From Polymyxa betae A26-41 (Eukaryota > Protista > Endomyxa: Phytomyxea), in assembly GCA_003693705.1 (NCBI GenBank), contig RBZT01000703.1, positions 34,919 to 98,918 of the forward strand: a stretch of 64,000 nucleotides of DNA, in the 5' to 3' direction. Below are positions 23,190 to 36,900 of this stretch, in pieces (the stretch's first letter is position 1; every line of letters begins with the position of its first letter). A program made the translations under genes and the position numbers. The notes beneath the pieces were generated by a model. It was not told the origin of the DNA. It did not search any database and was given only the letters and a program-made list of their open reading frames with translations.

Positions 23190-24019
23190 ATCCATCCTTG
23201 TCCAAGGAGGCAGTCGTTGTCACTCTTCACGCCTTTCGGCGCATCTTGGGCCTCGGCCGTCATGGTCGTCAAGCGCCGCGCCCGTGCAATACTCAATAAA
23301 ATCTCGTTCGAGACGTTCCCGCGACATGTCCATGCATTTAGCGATTTGTTGTTCGAGGCGGACCCAACCGAGTACAATGACTTTATTGAAATGGTTGGAC
23401 ATCATGCTATCGAGGGCCGTGGCGATTTCGTGAGTCTTTACGGAATGCTGCTTCGCGATTTGTCCAGAGAAAATGAAGTTTTTAAACAGGCGGTAGGCAT
23501 GTGTGTTGTGAGCTTTGTTTTATAAGCAACTGACTATTGCTCTGTCTAGCTTTTGAGCCGAATCCTGTTAGCCCTTCGTCTTGGTCTGGAGAGCAGCAGC
23601 GAAAAAGAGCGAAACGAATTTCTGGTTATCGTTGAGCTTATTGGTTGGCTCTGCCGTTGCAATACCATTCCACCAGAAGCCGTTCAAGGATTTATTGAAA
23701 GCGCGTTTATTCACGATACTTCGTTCTCCTTGGAAGTGTGATTCTTTTTGAAACGCAATCTCCGAATCTAAACCGTTTTTAGGCGATTTGCCGATTACTA
23801 ACAGTGCTGAAGTCCTCGCACGAGAAAATGTTTGAATCGTATTTTGATCGCCTTGTGCAAGCATGGACAGCGCGATTTTCCAATCGCTTGCGCTTTTTGA
23901 TTCTCGATTTGATTGAGTTACGGGAACGGCGCTGGCTTCCACGTCGCCAACCTGATTATCTACCCATGATGAAATTGTCTGAATTCCGTCATTACGTTCT
24001 CAAGCAGCCGACCGGCTAG
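23190..24019 (+). CDS. MIF4G-domain (eIF4G middle domain-like) protein; 5' end unresolved
   Basis: VKRRARAILNKISFETF at the domain start and SNRLRFLILDLIELRERRWLPRR at the end match eIF4G MIF4G consensus. Confidence 0.8.
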
Positions 24020-24156
24020 GCCTGACGCCTTCTGTCCTCAGTGCAGACATTCCAATTGACTAAACTGCGAGGCTTCTTTCATGCCACAAGAATATCTACA
24101 TTTCTGAATTCGGCTCATTTCCAAAGCATTGTTTTTTACCATACTTAGATCAAGCG

Positions 24157-26004
24157 TTAGTTTTTCGCTGATTTGTTAATCTTCTTCCGTTTGGCGGTCA
24201 AAACTGCCACCTTCTTTTTCTTCTCGTTGATACCATACTGCATCTTGGAGTACAGCCTCTTCTTCTTGTTGGTCATCATGATCTTAGCCAACTCCTTCTG
24301 TTCTTCCTCCTCGGTCATTAATGCGGGCTCAGCTGCGACTTCGACAGCCTTAGGCTTCGGTGACTCTTCATCATCAGCATCACTCTCATCGTCTTCGCAG
24401 GCCTCGATAGCTGCAAGCATGTTAGAAAGCCCTAATTCTGATAAAGGTGCCGTTACCATCCAGAACAGACGTATTCTGGGTCCATGCTTCAATAACTTTT
24501 CTTTGTGTTGGGACGTAGCCTTCGGCTGAATCATCAACAAACGGCGATAAGTGAGGAGGAAGTTTCTGCCCAATGCCATACGGATGAATGGGTAATGGCG
24601 AACCAGCATTGAAGCTGTCAAACACCTGCAAAGCATGTTGGATATTATGGAATAGATGAGAAGGTCGTCTAACCCATTGAGGCTGGATATATTCACGGGT
24701 TGGCAGAGCAGGCGATCGAAGAGCTGGTCTGTCTACAACTTGATGAGTGATAACCTCAGCAAGATCTTCGGTATAGTCGTCTTCGTGGTAAGCGCGTCCA
24801 CCTCCGCTGAGAATAACAAATTCCAGTGCATCGACTGGTGTCTAAAAAGCGATTAAGACAAGTTTTTGAAGACGCCAATGTATTTACTTCACGAGATAGC
24901 AGGAACACCAAGTCTCTGAATGGCATCTTGTTTGTGGAATCTTGATCTGCCGACACAGATTCAATGAACTCGGCATCGATCTTTTCGTCTTCAGATTTGT
25001 CGCTCTTGGAAATGGTCACCGCAGATAGCATTCGGCCTATAGCAATTAGAAGAGGCGTTAATAAAAGGGTATCAAAATACCCTTAGCAACGCTCTCGGAA
25101 TCGACTTTAGGCGGGTACACCAATTCCAAATCGTGATAGAGTTTGAAATTCACAAAGCGTAGCAAAGTCAGATAAAAGTCCAAGAATGTCAACCTATGAG
25201 ACCCGTCATGATACTGAAATATACAGCATGGCGTGGCTTTCAAACGAACATGACACGATAGTCAACGTCATCAGGACAGTATTGAGCGAATTTGTGTGGC
25301 ACGACCCAGGTGATCAGCTCGCCTTGAATATCGGCTTGGTAATAGACCCCTTTCACAGACACGAACACCTTGCGTAAAGAGTGCTCATGGGCAACAATGC
25401 TCAGGAACTCACGAGCGGTTTGAGTACATTGTTCAGCGGCTATGACGATCATGTCAGAAATCGTGAAGCGAAGCGAAACACATTCTTCTATTACTTGATG
25501 ATTTGTGATAGGGAGTGAGGCCGCTGGGAAGATGTGCAAATAGATGAACCAGAGTCAGCGCATCGTCGATATCACGCAGAGCATCGACGAAAAAAGGATA
25601 GCGCTCTCTCACGAGATGATCTAAATTAAGAACTGGTTTACGTTTCTCAAGAGATTCAAGCATGTTTTCTTCGTGACGCATAATAAGACCTAAAAGCATT
25701 GTCAGAAAGCTGACAAAACGGAGAAAATGATGCTTGTCGTACGTTTCTTCTGACGCAAGAAGACTTTCATTTCACGAAATTTACGAAGAAGCGGTTCGTG
25801 AACAAGGAAGGCGATATCCTTCTTGTGATAGTAAGTTTTGTCTTTGCCATTGGCCTTCTTCCTGGGATCTCGGGGATAAATCCCTTTGAGAATGCAAAGA
25901 CGACGGAAGTCTTTAAGAGAGACTTGCAACTTCCGAACGGCCTGACCACGTGTGTAATAGGCCGCAGCTGTGCCTGATTTCCCAGCTTTCTTCATGCGCC
26001 CCAT
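24157..26004 (-). CDS. PES1: Pescadillo/Nop7 ribosome biogenesis factor, multi-exon
   Basis: [59 protein letters not shown] with [31 protein letters not shown]. Confidence 0.98.
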
Positions 26005-26193
26005 TCTGACAAGACTTTTGTGAAGATTCCTGAATCACAAAAAACCAGGAATTTGCAACAGGTGGAGTCCGCGGCGGACCCCGTCACGCAAAAAAGTAAT
26101 GAAATTTTTCACGTTTTTCTTGTTTGAAACTTGAGTGCTGGCTTGAATATCCATTAGACCATTACGTATGTCGGTATGTGTTTATTTGCAAAT

Positions 26194-27410
26194 TTAAGCA
26201 ATTCCAGCTTCAGACTTCTCTTCGAGGAGTTCCTTCTCAGTAACCTTCATGGCTTCCTTGACATAAGGCGGGATCTCGAGGCCAGTAACTACAGACCAGT
26301 TACCGTCTTTGCAGGTTACTGGCAGAGAGTAGAACAAATCAGAAGCTACACCGTATGGCGCATTGCTGGTGCCAGTATAAACAGCCATCGAGACGAACTC
26401 TCCAGGTGCTGTTCCAAGCAGCCATGAACGCAGATGGTCCTGGCAATAATCAGTCAAATCTTATTCATATTGTACGAGATCTCCCAACCTTCACAGCATT
26501 GGCAGCTGACATAGCACTGCTTAATCCACGAGCAGCAATAACGTCAGCACCACGGTTTTGAACGATCGTCATAAATTCACTCTTGAAGTACGACTCGTCA
26601 AGTTTTTTTGACAATGGAGTCTGGGAGCCTGATCCATCGGTAAAGACAGCTTGAGAGGCATCGGGAACCTGGGTCTGGTACAGTTATATAAGTCATTGAA
26701 AGCAGATAAAATAAACTATCAATATCTACCTTGGAGTGGTTTCCCCAAATAATTACATTTTTGATTTGATTAGCATTGGCGTTCAACTTCTTGGCGACCT
26801 GGCCCATACCTCGGTTCATGTCCAATCTGGTCAAGGCGCTAAAATTTGATTTGGGGAGCTTCGGGGCATATTTAGCAGCAATGGCACAGTTGGTGTTGGC
26901 CGGGTTAGCAACGACAAGAACGTGGCAATCGGGAGCAGCGCTAATATCGTTGTTAATAGTGTGGACTCTGCAAACCCATGATTCTCACTAATCGTTTAAA
27001 GCTTGTCCAGCTGCAACGAAGATAGGTCGGTTCTTTGCCATCAGATCCTTGCGTTCCATTCCAGGTCCACGAGGGAAACCTCCAACAAGGATTGCTACCT
27101 AGGTGAAAGTCAGCGCATTTGATCGTCTAATTCTCTGAGTTAGAAGATGGCGTACCTGAACTCCCTGGAAAGCTTCTTTCAATTCGGTAGTAGCTAAGAC
27201 CGATTGCACAAGAGGATAAGCACAATCCTCAATTTCCATGGCGACACCAGAGAGCGTCTTCTGGGCCTGAGGAATATCCAGCAGAACCAGATCGATTGGA
27301 GTCTGTTGGCCGAAAACTTGACCAGAGGCGACCAGAGGGATGAGGCTGTAGGCAATCTGCCCAGCGGCGCCGGTGATCAGAACACGCTTGGAAGTTGATG
27401 CAGACACCAT
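26194..27410 (-). CDS. MDH1: Cytosolic malate dehydrogenase, multi-exon
   Basis: [70 protein letters not shown]. Confidence 0.98.
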
Positions 27411-27974
27411 GATTCGAGCGATTTAAACAACTAAATTGATAAGTCCGATTAGCTTTGGTTGCAACAACAGATACCGCGTTGACGCAACGCGGTACCAAGG
27501 GGCGATGCTGCCCATGCGCCACATTATGGATTTTCGCAGTTTCATTCGATTTTTATTTATGTTACATACAGTACGAAGCAGGTGGATAGCAGATCAAGAG
27601 GTACTGACAGCACAGTGAAGGATTGGATTGGATTGGATTTATTAGTTTGTTGATTTTGTCAACGGGCGGCGCGGTGACCCTCGCGCAAGGCAGGTAGTAC
27701 TGAGGCATCGCCTCAATATCTACCAGGGGACTCTTACTTCCAGTTTCAGAGCCGATAACTAATTCACCCATGACAGGACAGTGACATCTCTACTTGACAA
27801 AGTCAAAAAGAATAGAAAAATAGTCTGAATGCTGGCCTAAGGAACTCGGTCTAGAAATTGCTGTACCGGTATTTGTTTTTTGATTCATTTCAGTTCGTGC
27901 AACTTATTTTTCAACATAAAGCATTTATTGAACGGATAGAAATGGATAAATGCAAGTTTTAAATACGGTATGAA

Positions 27975-30900
27975 TTATTCGGTTTGGCACAGCAAGGCAG
28001 CACCTTTCAGCACCCAGTGATTTGGTGGCTTACTGGTTGGAAGGTCGATGGCCAGTATGAAGTTTGTTGATTGACCGGTAGTCGATAAAACACCTGCTCT
28101 TGCAGAAGTCTTATAGACGGGACACTGATAATCTTTCTTGTTCGACTTCTCGTCTGATGGCAAAAAATGAATAGCAGGCGCCATCTAGGTTGAGTTTAAC
28201 ACGATAAGACTAGGGTTATTAAGTATTACCGAAGTGCATTGGCCACTCCTGGCTTCCGCAATCTGATTTGTTGACACATCCCATTGAGCTCCGTCCATAT
28301 GTAAGCCGTAAATCACCACGCCATCTTCAGGTGGAGTTTGAATGTCTTCCAGAGAATAGACATCCAATACTTTGAAAGCAAAATTCAAGCTATCAATTGG
28401 AACCACGTGCTTTCTTGCAAATGACTAGTTCCAAGTTGGCAATCACCGAACGCTAATTCCTTTCGAGCAGCTTACCTGCAAGACTCCCGTCATAAATCCT
28501 TGAGGGAAGAAGAAACCTGGCAACCAAAATGCATTTGGTCTGCCATTTACAAGCCAGTTCCTCATGAAAACGACACGTCTGGTTAGATCCTCCATCCAGA
28601 CGGATAATGATTTTAAGCTGGGATAAGCTGCAGCAGCCCTACAACGATATCAGGGAAGGCGTCAAGATCCCTTGCTCTGGATACCAGTTTTTGGGTACAC
28701 GGTTCGCGAGAAATGATGAATACATCATATCCAGAACGTTAGACATCGCAACTTGACCAACAATTGCCTTCCCTAACTGTACCAAAGAACTGAAATGCAA
28801 TAGTTAGTACAGCAAGCAGAATCTCAAAGGAGGTAATAGATGACCTTCGAATCACATTTAACAACCGATTAAATCTGTCAATCTCCTGGGACAGCACGGT
28901 ATCCAGGGAATCCATGACTCCATTGAGATTGAGCTGGAATATAGAGAAATGAGCATTTTTGCGGTCTAGAAGGGGTGGCATAGAGTCCTAATCAACGTAT
29001 AAATAAGACGCAGCGTGTTCGAAAGGAGCAATACCAGGAAGCTCTGAACAATTTGTGCAACAATTTGGTCGGCTGTCAGACTATTTGAATTACTAGATCC
29101 TCCATCTCTCGGCTCCAACATGAGGACTGTGTTGACGATATTTGACGATTCCGAGTTTTCAAAAGCAATATTCGCATTGTCATGCAAACCAAAAACTTCA
29201 GGAGGGTCCTAATCAAAACTCTTTCGCATTTGTGACCAATTGATAGAAGACTTCTTACGTTTCCTGGCAGTTGCTGAATATAGTCAATGTAGAGCTCCAA
29301 GGACCCAATTCGAGGTGCTTTGTAAAGCTCGTTTGGCGAGAACGCGTATGAGTCATCTAATGCATCAGGACAGTAATATTGTGACAAAATCGCCAGCAAG
29401 CAGCGACGATCCCAGTCATCTATTACAACGATGAGCCATAGCCTTGCTGGCCCCATGCGTCAAAGTAACACACCTGTAACGCGACCTCCATAATTGATCT
29501 CACCGCAAACGTATCGCAAAGCATCCCAAGGAATTTCCGGTTGCTCCTCAAGGAACATATTCAAAACTTGTTTGGAAGTTTCAAGATCGGATTCGTTAAA
29601 CTCATATTTGATGTTAAAGCCCAGTGGGCCGAATTTCCTGCGTTCTTGAATAATAGCATGGAAAAATGTGAGACCGAACAGAAGTTTCTTCCAAGGCCCA
29701 GGCTTAGGATGAGATTCGAACTGAGATTCGGTTATACTGCTGAACGAACGCAGCAGATTCGAGCGCAATCCTGCACTCAATAAGATGGATTCTTCGATTT
29801 CTGACTATAATACCTTTAGGTGGCTCATTAGTCAATTTAACTCCATTTTGAAGAACGGCAACTGGGAAATATCTACATTTCAACTAGTTAGCGGTGCAAG
29901 GAAAGCGTGGATAAACATACGTGCATGGCATTGAAGTTAGCCATAACCTGAATTCCGGATTTAATGAAGCTTGATGCTCAGTGAGCCCTTGGACAATGGT
30001 CTCCAGTGAAGGCATCCAGCTTTTTGCAAGATGGCAATTCTGTAACAGACACCACTGCCCAGATTTAGAGCATTCTTCAATAAGAGCTGACGCCTTGGGT
30101 CCTTGTCCTTGACCTAACGAAATAACCTTTGAAAAGTGTCAGATGGATATTTATGTGCTTCGCAAACACCTAACGTGTAATTTCTCCTGGAAACCCTTTT
30201 CGGTTGCAAAGCGGAATAGGAGGCTTGTAGGATCAGCACCGCTAGATAGAACAAATATAACTGACTTCGAGTTAGAAACCGAAATCGCAGACAGCTGGAT
30301 ACCAACCTGGAGTTTTCGGATCAGTGTCACGATAAACCTGATTCATCTCGATAGTGGGTATCTGGACAAATTCGGGTCCTAGGTCAGAGCCGACATAACT
30401 TGCGAACGCAAACATCAGTTTCTCAGGCCTGAAAATAGAAATTGAAATGTGACGTTAGCGATAACAGAACAGTTGCGTTTTACCTGAATCCTTTTAACAC
30501 GATCATTTGCTGAAATAGGTCTAGCTTTTGGTTATATGGCGAAGGCAACTCAGCTTTGGCGATTTCGCGGGAAGAAACCCACGATCTCCAGCCCTCTAAG
30601 TTAGCGACTACATGGGAGCACATCCCTTCGAAGTCCTTACATAGCGACACAACTCCGGTTAGAAACGCCCAGCCTATTGTGGTGTTAGAAAGTTAGTCAT
30701 TTAGATTTTTTAGAAACCACCTTCGTTGGATATCAAGTCCGTGTCTGGCGATGTAACTGAAGAATCTATCTTTAATGTGGCTGGTAAACCACGTAGAAGA
30801 ATGCCCCATTCTTGATCTATTCACAATAAAGCTCTGAGCTGATAGAAAACGAAAAAAGTCATTACCTTTGATAGACTGAGTATTTCTGTTTATCATAGCA

Positions 30901-33900
30901 CAGATCATAAACGAATAGATAAGCTTATGTGCCTCAAATAAACCACGACAGACACTTTCGTACATAGTGAGAGTGATTTCGTTCAAAAGTGCAGTAAGTC
31001 TTTCTGATAGAATATCGCTCTTTGGCGCTGTCTCCAGGCAAACAGAGAACAGCCGGTTGAAGTAAAACAACGAGTACTATGGCAAGCAATTTAAAGGTTG
31101 TTATAACCACGATAATTGAAACTAACCTGGTACATGGGGTCAATTTGCCCAAGATCGGCAATCACGAAATAAATTATGGAGCCACGCTCAGCAACAATTC
31201 GATAGCTTTCTCGAATGGATTCAATTGTTTTCGACGTTTCTTCAGCTTCAGATACTCGTTCGTTGATGATGTTCGAGGTGAATTTGGAATCGGCCAGCGT
31301 TACAATAAGTTCCTGACGACAGCGGTCACAAAAGAGATTCACTATCCATGGTCGATACTGACCTCGTCATCCAACAGGTTCCCTGTAGATTCACTTAGCA
31401 TCTTTAGAATACGATCGCTAATGTCTTTCAGTTGCTTTTTATCGGCAGCTAACCGAACCTGCAAAAGTTGGAACATCAATTTATAATCCTTTCAGACTGC
31501 CCTACAACAAGTCGATCTTTGTTTTCCTCAACATCGGGACGTTCTTTGCGTACAACATCTCCAAGAAGTTGGTCTTCAAGACCACGTCTCGTAACGGTGA
31601 AGTTGATCAAGTTCACCTTGATGCAAACCTACGGCTGTCAGAGATGCGGCATTCAGGATGACAGTGTTTACTTCCGGCAAATAATGAGGATTGGACAGCT
31701 TTGTGGTAATGTAAAATTGGAATGCATCATCGTAGTCGATGATAGATTCGCCAAGCTTGATCACTTTACGCCCACCTTGGGTAAACATGGCCTAAGTTTC
31801 TTTAAGCAACGTCACATTCGGAGGACATCAACATCACCTTGCTCAGAATTGGATCCAGAGAAGATTCCAGGGTCTCATCAATGTCTTCAATCAGAACAGG
31901 AGAACCATTTCTTACAGCAGCCTCCAAAGTTCGCAGCAAGTTCGGATTATTCGCTCGCGACACTATAAGCGTTTTTCCACGGTTCGCTTTAATCCATCTT
32001 TTCGCTTGCCCTTGTGGGTCAATCATTAACGGCCTGGCATCGAATAAAAATCAGCGACCATGATTAACTGAACCGATACCAGCGCTGTCCCCTGAAAACC
32101 ATAATGGCGGAATCGATGCTGACATTGTCTGTAGGCAATCCTTGAAGATTCCACTCTCGGATTTGAACTGGATCCCCTAGGGTTTGAACTAAAGTATACT
32201 GAGGCGACAAAGGCAAATGCTCTGCTTCACAAGTAGTCATCCAATCTGTGGTAAGTTCATCCCTAAGCAGAACATTATCAGGTAGGACTAAAATACCACA
32301 TCGGGTAAACCTTTACCTGAGAGCACCGGTAAAAGGACCAGCATACGAAACAGTAGCGCTTGCGACGAAAACATCTCCGATAAGATTGTTAATCGACAAC
32401 TTAATGGTGCTAATTGTTTGTTCCCAACGCACTGCTTCATCAGCAAGCCCTGCAAAATTGTTGGGAAAGCAGCTGAGCTGAGGACACGAAGGCCATACCA
32501 GTTGTAAGTTTCGAAGCGCGATTTAAACGGTCTTTTGTCTGCTCTGAAAGGGCATTCAAACGATTCTTTTCATTTACAGCTGCTATACATGCGGATTTCA
32601 AGCTAAAGAAATATAAGCACCCAGCAAGCATGGTCTCAGCGGATATACTTTTCAACACGTTCAACGACGGACTGCAATTCAGATTGTTTTTGTGCTAACT
32701 TCTCATTCGCGTCTGTGAGAGCTTTGTTCATTTCTTCCAATCTTATGCGTTTTGGTTCGACCTATTAACTTGTATAAAAGAGTGAAATGAAACCATGGCC
32801 ACATTACTGATACCTCTTTGGCAACTTGAGAGTATGTATAAATTGCACAGACCCATTTACAAAGACTTGTTGCGGCCTTGGAGATTTTACTCATTACTTT
32901 CTCATTGAAGTCTTCGTTTTCAATGTAGGGTTCAACCTTCTTGATGGTAGCTTGCCTGATGTTATCTTTATCGAATGCCTTAAGGATTTGTAAATATTGA
33001 GTATTAGACATGACCTAAAGACAAATAAATTTCAAGAATATTCAGAGCAGATTTGAAATACTCGTTTGCAGTTATCCCAGTCCGGTTTTTCACCTAAAAG
33101 GATGTTGACTGCTTCACAGACCATTACGACACCTTTAGGCGGCTTTGCCATGGCTTTTACTTCGCTGATGTCACTCTAAAGCCCAGAGAAAATTATTACT
33201 GAAAATAAAAAAACAGCCAGCACAGATTACTTTGTTAAGTGAATTGAGCGACTCCACTGCAGCTTCAAGAGCAGGCAATGCCAAATCGAGATCTGCTTGC
33301 GCTTCCGCTTGAAATTTGGCTACACGTGCTGCTTCTTCATTAACCGAGGTCTCTTCAGCTGCAACGCTTTGAAAAAACAAATGATTAACTGGCTAAAGTT
33401 GCAATTGGGTTCCATTACACTTTTTTCACTTTATCTGCATTCTCTTGATCGCGAGCAACTTGCACCAACATCTCCTCAGTCTCTTTTGTCTTAGTGGCTA
33501 GTTCCGGTTGAAGCCTTACAGCAATTAAACAATGAATTCGAAAAAATGCAGTCAAGATTTCACTTTTTCAAATCTTCTTGTAGAACAGCAACAATGTCAT
33601 TGGTTTCCTTCATTTTCAGCAAACCGATAGCAAGGCGATCGTGACGTGTTTTTAGATCAGCGCGCTTCTCTTCAAGCATTCCAAGAAATAGGGCAATTAA
33701 GTCCAGATACGATTTCGGGGTGGTATAAACCTGAAAGATTTAAACAAGAAGTGGGTACAACAATGGAGAGCATACGCGGCGACGGTTGACACGATAAAAC
33801 CGTTCACAAGCGTGCTCAACGCTAATATGAACATGTACGCAAAGGCGTTGCAATGCTGATCGGAAATGGTCCGATGGCAACTCCAAAGACTCAATAAAAC

Positions 33901-36900
33901 GAGACGAAACCGAATACAGTGCCTAAAATAGGGTTCATTACAAAGCAGCTTATCAGCTGAATTATGGTATACCTGCTCTGGCCAAGGTTGGAACCAATCG
34001 ATTGTAGTGCAGTTGATGAGCGAAGGAAACATTCGGCACCGAACCCGGAATGAATTACCAACCGGCGACAGACATAGAACAATATGTAGGCGCTCCCGAA
34101 CACGATTGATAAACGTATTGTAAATCACATCCCGGTTTGCTGGAAGCCCCATCTTGTTTACAGTTTCGGTGAGATCATCGGTAATCTTGTTAAGTTCGTC
34201 GTTGGCAAAGAGATTTGGAATTTCTCCGGCATTGAGAAGGCAGTTGATATCCTCCAAAAACCTTTCTTCGATAATTTGTGAATCGCTAAACAGGAACACT
34301 GTTGGCGTTCCTTGAACTCCAGCTTGAATCAGTACAGTTTTCACATCGTCCCGGAACTCATTATATCCATATCCTTTCCGGTTCTAAACTCATTTCAATA
34401 AGCAGTGATCAAATAACTGGAGCCAAATCACCTCAATTTGAGCACATTTATATTCAGCCATAGCACAAGCCAATCTTGTCAGGCTTTGCTTTCCTGACCC
34501 CCCAACACCAACAAGCATCAAATTGCCTAGCGTACAATAAGACCTAGCGTCAGAGCGGTGATAATTACTGTCAAACCTCGAGGCTGGCGTAATACCCTGG
34601 CAATGCGAACAATGTGGTTAACAGCATCAGCAAAGAAAACAAGATCCATTTTTGTTGCAGACATGAGGTTGTACTGCTCCAAAAATTCGTTTAGAATCCC
34701 AACACATGATGAAAGGTCTTTGCCTTGCTCGTACTCCTTATCCATGCCCGGTTTGAAGAAATCTCCAAACGTTAACTATTGACCACCTGTTAATAATAGG
34801 GATCATCCTTGTGAAGATAGCAATTACAGGTTTAGCATCGTTTTCGAACAAAGCTGAATGGTCCCAGTATAGACCGAAAGATTGATTCAATAAGGAGCAG
34901 ATTCGGTGAGTGAACCATTGTTTATCTTGATCATCAATTAGGCGGTCATAGAGACACCTTTGCGATTCATGAATCCAAAGCCGAACCATAGTCTCCAAGG
35001 AGGTGCCAATCGACAGTGGTTTACACATAAGAATTCCTTGAAAGATCTAGTCAAAGGTCATACAGCTGTCTACGACAGATATCGCCAATTTACCTTCGAT
35101 ATATCTCGCAAGTTGAACGTATAATGAGACTTCGCAGGAATGGGTAGCAGCTCTTTTGAGATATCAAAATAGAGTTGAATGGTGGATTTAACGATTGGAT
35201 CACACAATGCAATTATCTGACAACGTTAGGAATGCCTAGAACGAGACGATCATGATTTATTTACCTCTCTCTTGAATCCGGCTGAAGCAAGATATCCAGC
35301 AAGAATTTTTCCAAAGATGCGGTTCAATACAGAAGATGACGGCGATGGTAAACAAAGCATATGGAAATGTCGTGTGAATCTGTTTGATTGTTTGCAGACA
35401 TGATTGGAGGTTCCAAGCAAGCTTACCTCCTAGAAAGGGAATTACGTCCACCGCCAGGTGGTGCAGCCCCACAGCAGATAGTCGAATCGGCGATCTGCTT
35501 CCAAAAAAATTTCTCGCGATCATAAAATCCTTTCATGTCCTAAGCGATGCTCAGACCAAAGAAGCAATACAATGTTGCCTGAGACTCAATACTTGGAATT
35601 GCCGAAGAAGTTCTATGGGAGGTTGGGCTCCATATTGTTCTACCGCAGGCATGTTTACATCGTCTACAAAAATGATCACCTGCTCGACTATAAACATCCA
35701 TGGTCGAAAGCAAGTGCACGATTCCAACCTGCCGGCCAATGGGACCACCAAGTAAGGTTTTCCGTTTCTTCTCGAGCTTGGATTCGATAGTGTCTTGCGT
35801 TTGACGAGAGCCAGTTTGGGCAGAAAAGTTCATGCAGATCGTTACTGAGCCTTGGGACTCCTTTCGATTTTTCAGGACCTCTATGCATTAAATTCAGACA
35901 TTGGTATAATTCCAAAAGGTCAGTACCAGAGGAAATTATTGATTTTCCTACACCGGTAACTCCAGTGAAGAAAACAGAATGACACAAATCTAGCTGCAAT
36001 TGCATCAAAGTGGCATAAGTGACGCTGTCGACAGTTGGAACGAATAGATCGAAATAGGAAGCATCTTGAGAATAAACCCATTCAGTAACTTGAGAGTCCC
36101 ATCGTTTCCATAAATTCTGCTCAATATCTACGTAAAACTGAGAGCGGCAGTTCAGCAAATGTCGGTAATTGATTAAAACGTATTACATCGAAAACAGAGC
36201 CGCCTTTCGGAATTTCCGCCTGTGAAATAAGTTCACGAATGTCCTCTGAAAATCTGGGAAATTTAGTAAGAAGGATGAACAGCACTCAATTTCAACCGAC
36301 TTGTCTCTGTTGTGCTCACTAATAGAACCCCCGATGGACCAAATTAATGAGAAAGCAAGTATTTTGTCGACCAGTGACTGCAAAGTGTCGATCCAGCGCT
36401 TAGTTAGTACTTCATGGTCGCCTATGAATAATGTCAGCAAAGAGATTGAGTTCCGGCTTATCAGCATACTAGAGCTGGTTTGAATTTCCTCAGAAGTAGT
36501 TACAGCATCACCATTCGCTGATTGTTGAACAGCATTTGTATTCTGAGCTTGACCAGTAGATGTCGATGGAGCCGTTAACGGGGCACCTCGTTTCTCAGAA
36601 AGAAGTGACTAATTGAACTGTCAGAGACTAATTGTTGTGAAAAATCAGAAACCAACCTGGAACAATGAGCAGAACGAAGCAGCCAGGTTAATGTCAACTG
36701 TGGTAATTGGCTCAGTACAAGAAGACCGCTGGAGTTTTAACATCGAGTTAAAGCTAGCAGCAGCCAGTTGTTCGATACGGTTGCAGATCTAGACAAGCAA
36801 TTTAGATGGGTAAAACAGACAAGCATCCAGCTGATCGGACCTGCTCTGGAACAATTTTTGACATTGTGTTTTGCAACCACGATGCAATGTAAGGATGTGG

